DNA of 64,000 nt. It comes from the human T2T-CHM13v2.0 reference genome, Homo sapiens. The position numbers were made by a program, and so were the translations under genes. This document shows, piece by piece, positions 1 to 14,057 of the stretch. Numbering within the stretch: the first letter of the stretch is position 1; each line of letters opens with the position of its first letter. Location: NCBI RefSeq assembly GCF_009914755.1, contig NC_060931.1. One strand, 5' to 3'. A model generated the notes under the pieces. It made no database searches and had not been told where the DNA came from. It saw nothing but the letters and a program-made list of their open reading frames with translations.

Positions 1-760
1 AATAAAGGAAGCAGTAAGAGCAGACATCCTTGTCTCATTCCTGATGTAGGGGAAAGATTTCAGTCTTTCACCAGTAAGCATTATGCTAGTTGTGAGTTCT
101 TTTTTACAGGTTGAGAAATTTTCCTTCTATTCCTAGTTTGTCAGGTGTTTTTATCATTAAAGGGTGTTGAACTCTGTCAAATGCTTTTGCTGCATCTATT
201 GAGATGATTATGTGGGTTTTGTCCTTTATTCTAGTAATACAATGTATTACATTAATTGATTTTCACATGTTAAGCCAACCTTGCATTCCTGCGATAAATC
301 CTGCTTGGTCACGGTGTATAATACATTTCACACGTTAGTGGTTTTGGTTTGCCAGTATCTCACTGAGGATTCTTCCATCTATATTCATAGGAGATATTGG
401 TCTGTGGTTCTCTTTTCCTATGATATCTTTGTCTGATTTTGGTATTACAATACTATTAGCCTCATAAAATGAGTTGAAAAGTGCTCCTTTCTCTTCTATC
501 TTTTGGTAAGAGTGTCAAAATTTGGCATTATTTCCTTTTTAAATTTTGGGTAGAGTTCACCAGTGAAACTGGTTTGGCCTGAGCTTTTCTTTGTGGACAG
601 TTTTCAAACTACTAAGTCAAGCTTTTTGTTATAGGTCTATCCAGATATTTTATTTCTTCTTGAGTTGTTAGTTTTTATGTCTTTCCAGTAATTTCTCAAT
701 TTCATCTAAGTTGTCTAATTTGTTGTCTTATGGTTGTTCATAGTATTCCCTTTTCATTTT

Positions 761-890
761 TTCTTTTTAGTTTAGAGACAGGGTGTCACTGTGTTGCCCA
801 GGCTAGTCTCAAACTCCTGGACTCAAGCTATCCTCCTGCCTCGGCCTCCCAAGTAGCTGGAATTACAGGCATGTGCCACTGCATTGAGCT
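761..890 (-). mobile_element. Alu monomer (FLAM-like)
   Basis: Single 7SL-derived arm. Confidence 0.75.
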
Positions 891-1898
891 CCATCTTTTT
901 TATTTCTGTAAAGTGAGGTTGTAATGTCCCCTCTCTCATTCCTGATTTTCACAATTTTTTTTCTTTTCTCTTTTTCCCCCCTTTAGTTAGTTAGTTTGTA
1001 TTTTGCTTGGTCAGTCTAGCTAAAGGTTTGTAAAGTTTGTTGAGCTTTTCAAATAGTCAGTTTTTGGTGTGGTTAATTTCCTCTATTTTTTTTTAATTTT
1101 CTATTTCATTAATTTCTACTGTAATCCTTATTATTTCCTTTCTTCTGTTTGCTGGGGGCTTAGTTTCTTCTTCTTTTTCCAGTGTCTTAAGGCAGAAACT
1201 TAAGATTATTGATTTGTGGTTGTTCTTCCTTTTAAATATAGACAGGTACGGCTATAATTTTCCCTATAAATACTGTTTTAGTTGCATCCTATACATTTTG
1301 GCATGATGAGTTTTTATGTTCATTCATCTCGAAGTATTTCCTAATTTCCCATGTGGTCTATTTTTTGACCCATTGATTACTTATGAGTATATGTTTAATT
1401 TCCACATATTTTTGAATTTTCCTAATTTCTTTCTGTTGTTAATTTCAAATTTCACTCCATTATGAACAAAAAACATCCTTGGTACAACTTCATTCCTTGT
1501 AAATGTATTGATGCTAGTTTTGTGGCCTAGCATATAATCTATCCTAGAGAATGTTCCATGTGCATTTGAGAAGAATGTGTATTCTCTTGTTTTTGGGTGG
1601 AGTGTTCTACAGATGTCAGTTAGGTCTAGTTGGTTTATAGTGTTGTTCAAGTCTTCTGCTTCCATATGGATCTTCTTCCTATCTACCTATTTAGTTCTAT
1701 TATTAGTTCTATGTATTATTAAAAGTGGGATATTAAAGTCTCCAACTATATTGTGAATTGTCTATTTTTCCCTTCAATTCTGTTTTCTGCTTCATATATT
1801 CTGCGGCTCTGTTTTTAGGTACATGTTTATAATTGTTATATTTTTCTGATGGATTGATCTTTTTATCATCATACAATGTCCCTCATTACTTCTAGTGA

Positions 1899-2200
<302 letters not shown>

Positions 2201-2386
2201 ATATTTTGTTTTAAAGTCTATTTTGTCTGATATTAGTAAAGTCACTGCAGCTTTCTTATGGTTACCATTTGTATCATTTTCTATTAAAATTTTTTCAACC
2301 GATTTGTATGCTTAAATCTAAAATATATCTCCTATAAATAGCATATAGTTGAATCTTGCTCTATTCATATTTTTGAAGCTGATTAA

Positions 2387-3020
<634 letters not shown>

Positions 3021-3420
3021 TTAGAAGCTGCGTGCATGGATGAGCTTGTCAACTGGTGACCTTCACCAATTGTAATCTGATAGGGCGATTTCATTGGGAA
3101 ACTCCTAATGTTAGTATCTTTGGGTCCTTCCTCTTGAGTTGGTCTGAGTACTTACAGAGGAGCCCTTCCATTTCCTGCCTGAATGGAATAAGCCTTGCTC
3201 CCAGGCTTGTGGGAGCTGAGTTAGGGAGGGAGACCGTGATACCATTCTGCACATTAACTGTCACTTTAAACCTAGATTTTTGGTATGGTAATTTCCCCTC
3301 AGCTGTGTTCATATCCCCTCCTAGCAGAATCCTCTAGTCTTCTGCTCAGCTGGGAACGGGTCAGTAGCCTGGGTACACAGAAGTGGGGAGGAGCTCTAGA
3401 TCCCCAAAATGTCTTAAGCT

Positions 3421-3718
3421 TTCTTTCTTTCTTTTTTTTTTTGAGGCGGGGTCTCACTCTGTCACCCAGGCTGGTATGCAGTGGCGTCATCACAGCTCAC
3501 TGCAGCCTCAACCTCCCCGGGCTCAGGTGATTCTCCCACCTCAGGCTCCCAAGTAGCTGCGACTACAGGCTGTATGCCACCACACCTGGCTAATTTTTTT
3601 TGTAGAGATGGGGTTTCGCCATGTTGCCCAGGCTGGTCTCCAACTCCTGGCCTCAAGTGATCTGCCCACCTCAGCTTCCTAAAATGCTAGGATGACAGTC
3701 ATGAGCCACCGCACCTGC
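3421..3718 (-). mobile_element. AluJ
   Basis: Alu consensus, TSD gtcttaagctttc. Confidence 0.85.
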
Positions 3719-4157
3719 TGTCTTAAGCTTTCAACTTGACCTCCTGTTACAGTCCTTCGTTTACCCCTCACTGATCAGAGGAACCTGGAACCACTGATCT
3801 TTGGGGTGGCAGTTTGCAGTGTTTTGTTTTTAATCTATTAAGTTAGCTACTACAAGTACACCTGTTTTCTAGTTTTCAATGGGTTGTTTGTTTGTTTGTT
3901 TTACAGACAAGGTCTCACTGTCCCCCAGGCTGGAGTGCAGTGGCGCAATCATAGCTCATGGTGACCCAGAACTCCTGGGCTCCAACAACAAGAATCTTTT
4001 TGTTGTTGTGCTATTGTTGGTTTGCCAATGTCTAATCTTCCTTACTTTTTATGTCTGTGGGTTATGTGCCTTGCCCACTTTTGTAACCCTCTACTGTCAT
4101 TTTAGTGGGGTTTTGATGTCAGAGGAGTGAGATTAACCCGCATGGTCAATTGGTCAT

Positions 4158-4461
4158 CTTTTTTTTTTTTTTTTTTTTTTTGAGACACAGTTTTACTCTG
4201 TCAGCAGGCTGGAGGGGAGAGGCGCGATCTGAACTCACTGCAACCTCACCTCCTGGGTTCAAGCGATTCTCCTGCCTCAGCCTCCTGAGTAGCTGGGATT
4301 ACAGGCACCTGCCACCATGCCTGGCTAATTTTTGTATTATTACTAGAAACAGGGTTTTGCCATGTTGGCCAGGCTGGTCTCAAACTCCTGGCCTCAAGCG
4401 ATCCACCTCTCCTGGCCTTCCAAAGTGCTGGGATTACAGGCGTGAGCCACCACACCTGGCC
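4158..4461 (-). mobile_element. AluS
   Basis: Alu consensus with poly(T). Confidence 0.88.
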
Positions 4462-4664
4462 ATTGGCCATCTTTAATCGAAGGCCACCTTCTTCTATTTA
4501 AAGCTTTGGTTTAGATTTATTCTTTTATCTGCACTTTTGGAAGTCTCTCTTCCTAAGTGTCAAGATACCGCTTTTCCCATTTTGGCTACTGCAGACTCTA
4601 AGAGGACATGGTAAACTTGGGCTCATAACTGCACCTTTCTGTTCCTCACCTGAATACTAAAGAT

Positions 4665-5060
4665 GTGTATTAGTCAGGATTATTGATTGCAAATGACAGG
4701 AAGGAGCTTGACGTTTTCCCCTGAAGGAGAAGTCCAGGGAGGTTCTCAGGCAGCCTCTCTGCAACCTGGTTCTAGTCTCACCAGCTCTGAGCTTTGCAGT
4801 CCCAGAGGGAAAAGGCTCTTCACTTTCCCAATGGTTTCAACAGAAGCCCCAGTCATGTGCTCCTCTCTGAACGGAGTAGGGGACCTGACTGGCTGGCTGG
4901 GTCAGAGGGCCCCACCACTGCGGGGAGGGGGAGTTTTGGAGTTAGCTTCCAAGAACCACTTGGATGAGGTGAGGGAGGCAGGGTTGTTCCCTCAAATAGC
5001 ATTGCAGTACTGATACCAGAAGAAGGGGGAACAGATGCTGGGTAGGCAGAAATAACAGGT
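4665..5060. mobile_element. Degenerate MLT1 (ERVL-MaLR) LTR
   Basis: tgtattagtcagg...ttgcaaatgacag terminus resembles MLT1J/K. Confidence 0.45.
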
Positions 5061-5838
5061 GTCCACTGCAGGGTTATCATACCAGCCTCATGGCCTTGCT
5101 GTAAGTTAAACCCTTAGCTGGGTGCCTGAAACATTAAAACACTAGCTGCTGTTGCTGTTGTTATGACTGTCACTGTTAACAGGGAGACTTTGTGGCTCGC
5201 CTTTTTATCCTGAACAACACATTCCTTTGCTAGGGCCAGAAACAGGCACAGAGCCTGTTTCCCTCGGCCTTCTGGCCATGCAGTTGGCAGCGAGGCTCAG
5301 CAAAGCTTCCTGATCCCATGCTCTTCTCTCAGTTGGGTCTCCTCTCCTTATCATCCCTGCCTCCTCCTCCAGGTGTCACACCTTGGCCTCACCCTTCTCA
5401 CTGAAAGAACACACATGTACTTTGCCACGTACTTAGCCGCTATCTTGGAGTGACTACTTGGAGTGTGGGTGTTGTAGCTTTGTGATGGTTGCTCAAATAA
5501 GTTATAAACTGCTGGGGATTGGGCCAGGGTCTTACATGCCTCCAGCTAAACCCCTTTCTCCAAGGCCTAGAATGCAAACCTGGCCACACACAGGATCCAG
5601 TAAGTCCCAGGCAATTGAGGGGTCTAGCTGGTGGCAAGGCCTGGAGGGAGGACATCAGATCACCGGGCATTTGGCCCATCTCTGCCAGTTAAGGACTGAG
5701 GTCCACTGCTAGTCACTGTGACAGAGCCTGTTCTATATGTTGGTAAAGCCAACCTCTCCTATTCCTTAGTAATATTAATAGAATCCTGATTTTTTAGAAT
5801 TGCAAAATTTCAAATATAGACCTTAAGACTTTTACTTA

Positions 5839-6261
<423 letters not shown>

Positions 6262-6493
6262 TCAGCTTTAACACATGGCTAACCTTGTTTCTTCTATTAC
6301 ATTCCCACCCCATTATTGGATTATTCTGAAACAAATCTGGACATATAATTTCATCCATAAATTCAGTAAGTATTTCCAACAGGTGATTTTTGAACATATA
6401 CACTAGTAAATATATACATATGCACAATATCATATAAAACACAATACCTTTATCACAAAACACAATACCTTTCTCACCTATAGAAAAATAATC

Positions 6494-6798
<305 letters not shown>

Positions 6799-7053
6799 TC
6801 ATATCATAACATACTACTTATTGTTTAAATTTCCCCAATTGTCTCACAATTTTTTAAAGAGCTGACTTGTTCTAATAAGTTCCAAAAATGCAAGGTCCAC
6901 GTTACACTAGAACCCCAATTTTATTCAAGGGGGCAATGTGCCCAGGTGAAGAAGTATATTTCCCAACTTCCCCTAAGCAGGGTGTGGGCCTGTGGCTCAG
7001 TTTTGCCCATGAGGTTTAAGTGGAAGCGTGGAGGAGGCTTCCAAGACTCCTTA

Positions 7054-7596
<543 letters not shown>

Positions 7597-7611
7597 TTAA
7601 ATATGCTACAA

Positions 7612-7911
7612 ATTATTATTATTATTTTTTGAGACAGGGTCACGTTCTGCAGCCCAGACTGGAGTGTAATGTCACAATCTTGGCTCACTGCAGCCTTAAC
7701 CTCCTGGGCTCAAGTGGCTCTCACACCTTAGCCTCTCTTGTGGTTGGGACCACAGACGTGTGCCATCACGCTGGGCTGATTTTTACATTTTTTGTAGAGA
7801 CGGGTCTCCCTATGTTGCTCAAGCTGGTCTGGAACTCCTGGGCTCAAGTGATCCTCCTGCCTCGGCCTCCTAAAGTGTTGGGATTACAGGCGTGAGCCAC
7901 TGTGCCCGGCC
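7612..7911 (-). mobile_element. AluJ
   Basis: Alu consensus. Confidence 0.85.
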
Positions 7912-7989
7912 TATTTTTCTATCTCACATAAAACTAGTTAAGAGATAAGCAGTATGGGGAAAATACAGTGGTTCCAAAAAACCACAGAC

Positions 7990-8390
7990 TATTAGGTATC
8001 TATTGCTGCATAATGGATTACACCCAAAACTTAGAACCTTAAAGCAGCAAACCCGCATTCCCATCTATTTCCCAGTTTCCAAGGGTCAGGAGCCCGGGAA
8101 GCTGCTCTCAGGCTGCTGCGGCTCAGGATCGCTGATGAGGCCTGCCGCAGCCATTCTCAGCTGCACCAGGTCCGGGCATCCACAGCCGGCTCACGCGCTG
8201 GTGGTCGCCAAGCCTCAGCTCTTGCTGGCTGTTGGTTCAGGGCTTCGGTTCCCAGCCAGGTGGGGCTCTCCAAAGGAGAGGGCAGCTCAAAACAACCCGC
8301 TGGCTTCCCCCAGAGCAAGTGATAGGAGACAGGAAGAGGGAGCTAGAGAGAGCCCTGAAGGTGGACGTCGCAGTCTTCACTCAATCAATC
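7990..8390. mobile_element. MLT1F-like LTR forming the left edge of the CpG island
   Basis: tattag-tatctattgctgcataa...cccaaaacttag...ggcttcccccagagcaagtgat MaLR hallmarks. Confidence 0.6.
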
Positions 8391-9660
8391 TCCGCAGGGA
8401 ACGCCCTGCAGGCCCAGGTATCCTTCCGGTCCCTTCCTCCTGCCCCTGTGCTCCAGATCCCCCAGGCTCCAGCCCTGCAGCCCGAGCCCCACCCACTATC
8501 CTCGCCTCCCGCCCTGCCGCTCGGCCCTCCCGCTTCAGGTCTCTGTCTCTCCCTTTCTCCCTTCCCCTCTCTCTGTATCCTTTACTTTGTGCCTCTGATG
8601 CCTGACCTGGCCCCAAGCCAGCACCCCACCATCCCACCCTCTTCCCACCCTGCCCCCCGGCCACGTGCCCCCGGGCCAGCCAGAACGCTGACCCCTCCCC
8701 GAGTCCACTCCCCGCTCCCCGCACAGCCCGGGCCACGCCCTACCCGGGTGCCCTCCCTTTACCCAGCTCCTTCCCATCCAGCCGGGTCCTGATCCAGCCC
8801 CCTGCTCCAGGATGCCCCCTCCTAGCGGTGTGTGAGGCTTTCATGACCCTTCTTCCTCCTTTCCCGACAGATCAGCGGGGGAGGTGGGCTGAGCCGCCCC
8901 TCTCGTCGTCACCCCTGCCTTGGCCGCCCAGCCGTGCTGGGAGAGTTTGGTGGCCGTGGCTGGCACTGCGGCAGTGCCCATGTCAGCTCTGGCGCCTCTA
9001 CCGAACTCCCTGTTTTGGGGGCTCTTTCCCTACAAGGGTCACGTCGATGAGGAATCTACGTCCCTCCCTGCCCGGTTCCCACCTCTCAGGTGGGGCAGAT
9101 GCCAGAGGCCTCCCGGGTCCACGCCCGCGGGCCACTTGGACCGCCCTGCCCCGGCCAACCCCGCCCCACCCAGACTCCCGCCCGCGAGCGGGTGCCGAAG
9201 CACGAAGCACGTACGCCCCCTGGTGGCCGTGGCGGGGACTGCCGCGCGGACTCCGCAGCCCCGCCCCACCCCGCCCGCCCAGCCCAATCCCACCCGCTCC
9301 GCCCTGCTCGCCCCTGCCTGCTCACCTACTGGGCTGCGCTGTCCACGCCTGGAGCCCGGGCAGCTTCAGTTCCGCGGAGGACAGGTGTAACCCACAGAGT
9401 GATTCCTTTACCGGGGCCTGCTAGGCTCCGGCCCACGAGGCAGGACTGGCGGCGTTCTCACGTCCTGGAAGTCAAGGCCCCAAGGGGACCGAGGCGCTGC
9501 CCAGGCTCCCCTGACTGCCAGCTCCGGCCTGGCCACCCAGTCCGCCCCCAGGGACCGGACTGGGTGCGCCGTCCACCCTTCCAGTACCTGGAACATTCTC
9601 CGCGGATTGGGAGGTTCTGGGTTCTGCCCTAGATTCCCAAGCAAAGTTGCTCCTTTGCTC
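8050..9660. promoter_or_regulatory. Orphan CpG island with GC boxes (ccccgccccaccc at 9159 and 9259), E-box and CCAAT
   Basis: Very high GC and CpG density by eye against CpG-poor flanks; C-rich plus strand. Confidence 0.85.
9214..9243 (-). promoter_or_regulatory. CTCF site, core plus upstream (U) motif
   Basis: Minus strand GGCAGTCCCCGCCACGGCCACCAGGGGGCG matches the GCAGT...GGCCACCAGGGGGCG extended consensus. Confidence 0.8.
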
Positions 9661-9682
9661 TTGTCACTTGCCAGCTTCGTGG

Positions 9683-9976
9683 TTTTTGTTTTTTGTTTTT
9701 GAGACGGAGTCTCGCTTTGTCGCCCAGCCTGGAGTGCTGTGGCGCAATCTCGGCTCACTGCAACCTCTACCTCCCCAGGTTCAGGCGATTCTCCTGACTC
9801 AGCCTAGCTGGGATTACAGATGTGTGCAACCATGCCCGCATAATTTTTGTATTTTTAGTAGAGACGAGGTTTCACCATGTTGGCCAGGCTGGTCTCGAAC
9901 TCCTGACCTCAAGTGATCCACCTGTCTCGGCCTCCCGAAGTGCTGGGATTATAGGCGTGAGCCACCGCGCCAGGCC
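9683..9976 (-). mobile_element. AluS
   Basis: Alu consensus, CpG-rich. Confidence 0.9.
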
Positions 9977-10029
9977 TGCTTCTCTAAAGATCCCTGCAGC
10001 ACGGAGAGGCTGCTAGGGCCCGTGCTTCT

Positions 10030-10705
<676 letters not shown>

Positions 10706-11234
10706 CTAGGAAGTGGGTTTGAGTTAAATCTAGTTTTATTTTCTGACCGTACTGCAGGTACCGGAGGTTGGGGAAACCATTGTCAGTGGAAATGGGGATG
10801 TGTATGGGGAAAGGTCCTGATCCTCAGAGACCACGCCCATAGAGTGAGCCCTGGGCAGGAGGTCAGCCAGGGAGCATCTCATAGGGCCCAGGCAGCATGA
10901 GGTTCACACAGACATAGGTACCCACAGCCCCAGCGGGCATTGGGGGCAGGCACTGAGCTTGGCACAGCATGATTCTTGGAAAGAACACGTATGGATGGCC
11001 TGAAGACCCAGGTTCTAGCATGGTTATGCCACTGTGTGACTAAGCCACTTGGCACAGCACAAGCAGTTAATGTCCTGTTCTACTCACCGAAGGGCTCACT
11101 GCAGTGAGCGAGACTCGCGAGGGGAAGCCCTCTTCAGCCCTGCCCATGGTGGTCCTCTCTGGAGGAGGGCATGTTTCTGGAATCCTGATTTGTTACCAGC
11201 ACATAATTTTCAAATTGGCAGAAATGCATCGTTT

Positions 11235-11680
11235 AGCTGGGTGCCGTGGCTCATGAGAGCATTCTTATTTTTGTGCTAACTCTGAAATCCAGGGGGCATT
11301 TCACAAAGCACATCTCAATTTGGACGCTACATTTTCAACATTTAAAGTGACACGTTGTCCTACAAAACAAAGTTGTTTTGCAGAACAATTTACACTTGTT
11401 TTAAAATTTAATCCCAGTACTTTGGGAGGCCAAGGTGGGCAGATCGCTTGAGCCTAGAAGTTCAAGACCAGCCATGGGCAACATGGCAAAACCCATCTGT
11501 ATAAAAAATACAAACATTAGCCGGACGTGGTGGCTTGTGACTGTAGTCCCAGCTACTCAAGAGGCTGAGGTGGGAGGATCAGTTGAGACCGCAGTGAGCC
11601 ATGATTATGCCACTGCACTGCAGCCTGGGCAACAGAGTGGGATCCCGTTTCAAAAAAGAAAAAGAAAAAGAAAAAAAGAA
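11235..11680 (+). mobile_element. AluJ carrying an internal inverted copy of 10095-10240
   Basis: Alu head 11235-11255; Alu resumes at aatccca ~11410. Confidence 0.85.
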
Positions 11681-12106
11681 GTGCATCTTTAAAAGCCTTG
11701 TCCTATGCGCGTGAACACATGAGTGGTGCGTAGCAGGCCCTGATGCGCTGCTTACAGAATTGAGGAAAGCGGAGGCAAGGCTGCCCACAAGGAGGCCGCA
11801 GCTTCTTCAAGGAGCCTCTTGCCGCGTGCTGGCTGGCCTTGGTGGCCAGGACCCCAGGAGAGGAAGCTGAGGGAGGCCTGAATGCCAGCCGCACCTGGCA
11901 TCCGGCACCCCCTTCTAGGTTCATTGCCAAGTACCGGCAGCCAGAAGGGTGGAGTTTTCTCTTAGGGAGTCCAAGTCCGTTGTTGCCACCTCTGACCCCT
12001 CGACACCAGGTCCTGGGAGCCAAGTCTTGAGCCCCAAAGAGCTCTGAGGAGCCCAGGTCCACAGAAGTGCCCTTTTTTTGAAAATAAACACCCTTCACTA
12101 CATAGG

Positions 12107-12156
12107 TACACACACGCGCGCGTGCAGACACACATGCACACACACACATACACACA
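12107..12156. repeat. (CA)n/(CG)n alternating purine-pyrimidine tract
   Basis: tacacacacgcgcgcgtgcagacacacatgcacacacacacatacacaca. Confidence 0.85.
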
Positions 12157-13481
12157 GCCAGAGGGAAATGCTCCTATCTTTTATCTTCTAACATTAAATC
12201 CCTGGTCAGGATAACTATTCAGTCCCAAGACGTTGTGGGGTGCACACACAGTACACCCTGAGGCCCGAGAGAGCAGGCTTGGGCCCAAGTTGCACTGTCC
12301 GGGACTCAGGGGGGATGAGCCCCTGAGATGCTACTTACAAATAGGGCTGCTCAGCCTGCCAGGGGGCTGCAAGGCCTCTGCAGCTCCAGGGATTGTGGGA
12401 GTCAGAAAAATCCTTTGTCTTGGTTCTGGGTGGGAAGCGGGACACCCCCAGATCCAGTGTCACAGCCACTCATTCCCAGGAGGACAGAGCAGTCTTCAGA
12501 GCCAGCAAGAAAGCTGTGGGGCTCAGAGCCCACTAGCTTTCTTTTCCAGGACAACGTGCCTCAGAAACCCCGGTCCCCTTCCCAGGAAAGGAACAATGAC
12601 TCAGGCAGGTAGTGACAAGCCACCTGCCACTTGGGAAACAGCTAGACTGAGGCTGAGAGGTTGAGTGGTGCTGGGTGAGATTACTGGGGTTGGTGGAGGG
12701 GGGAGGTCGGGGGACCCAAGTGCCGGCGACTGCACTGAGACTTCTCCTGGGAGGGGTTTAAAAGCAGCTGCCTTATTGAGATCAATGGAATGACTGCTCA
12801 CGTGACCCATGTACCTCTTAAGTCCCCTTCAGGCTGGAAAGTGCTCTACACCCCCAATGCTCTGAGTCTAAAAACTCTAAACCTGTGTTGAAACGCTGGT
12901 GTTTCGTGGTTAATATACAGCATCCTCTCTCAGTTACTCTATCCTATGACGGGGCACTGTTTCGCAGCCTGGGTGGAGTTGAGTCACAAGGTGGCAGAGT
13001 CAGAACCTACTAGTCTAGGGATGTCAGTTTACAGCTCAGTACCCAAGGTCCATGAAAGCCCAGTGAGGAGCCTGAAGTTGCACAGCTAAAGGAAGGGCTG
13101 GGACTCGAACTCATGGCTCTGTGGTTCAGTCCTTTGGCTAAAGGGTCCATGAGCGCCACCCACAAAGAATGTATTGAACGTTTTGCTTCTGGGCTCTGGA
13201 GGCATCCAGGGTAGCTGGGGGGTTCCCTGCCAGTGAGGAGGGAGCAGGCACTGGCACACCATTCCTCAGTAGCCCGACCTCATTCAATCTGGCAGGTAGG
13301 TATGAAGCCGGGTCAACCGGCGCGAATGCATCAGGATGTAGGGAAGGAGAAAAAGGAGTTTAGGGGAATAAGGAGAAAACAGTGGAAAAGAGCTGGAATG
13401 AGAACACGCGAACAAAGCAACACTATTTCCTTTGTCTTAAGGTCCTGCTAACAAAACCGTCTCCATTAGACTGAGCGGCAT

Positions 13482-13495
13482 CGCCATCTGGTGGT
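13482..13495 (-). promoter_or_regulatory. CTCF core motif
   Basis: Minus strand ACCACCAGATGGCG. Confidence 0.7.
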
Positions 13496-14051
13496 AACTA
13501 AAGGCAAACGCTTTAGAAAGGAATCGAAACAGTCTAATCCAGCGATTAGCATTTTACCATGCAAAACCCACCGTTCCTCATCTCCCAGGAGGCTTAGCAC
13601 TTGGCAGAGGACCACCTGTTTAGGCAGATCAGTCCCAGCAGGAAGCTGCACTGTCCTTGAACTCCAGGCCACGGAGTATCCTCACTCAGCGTGAGTTGAC
13701 AGGGCTTAGAAGGTTTAGGCATGGGGGTAGATAGGGACCTTTGGGCTTTCCACGGCTCTAGTGGAGGAGCCTCACAGCCCCGTTCATAGCCAGCAGTTGT
13801 GCATCTGAGTTCCAGGTTCAAGGACAGGCCTCTGGGCAGAGCCTCTTGGTTATTACTGCCTAAGGGTGCCACTCCCTTCCCAAACTAATTTAGTCATCTG
13901 CATTCTAAGAGCTGCTCAGCCAAAAGAAGCCAGCGTCTGCTGCTCAAAGGAGCCAGAACAGAGAGGGTATTTTAGAAAACCAGCTGAGAGTAATCATGAG
14001 GGCTATTATCTTATTGATCAAGGTCCAGCCATTTGCCAAGGTATATACACG

Positions 14052-14057
14052 TTTATT
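14052..14057 (-). terminator. Distal poly(A) signal AATAAA of UBE2H
   Basis: Plus-strand tttatt; two TGTA elements just upstream in mRNA sense (~14068, ~14082). Confidence 0.8.

Noticed and set aside
6436-6477. 21-bp tandem duplication (similar 15-bp one at ~36797-36825)
   Set aside because: Ordinary slippage in neutral sequence
8003-9758. Overlapping 116-200 aa Pro/Arg/Ala-rich ORFs on both strands
   Set aside because: Expected from stop-codon scarcity in a GC-rich island; no recognisable domain, and many use non-ATG starts
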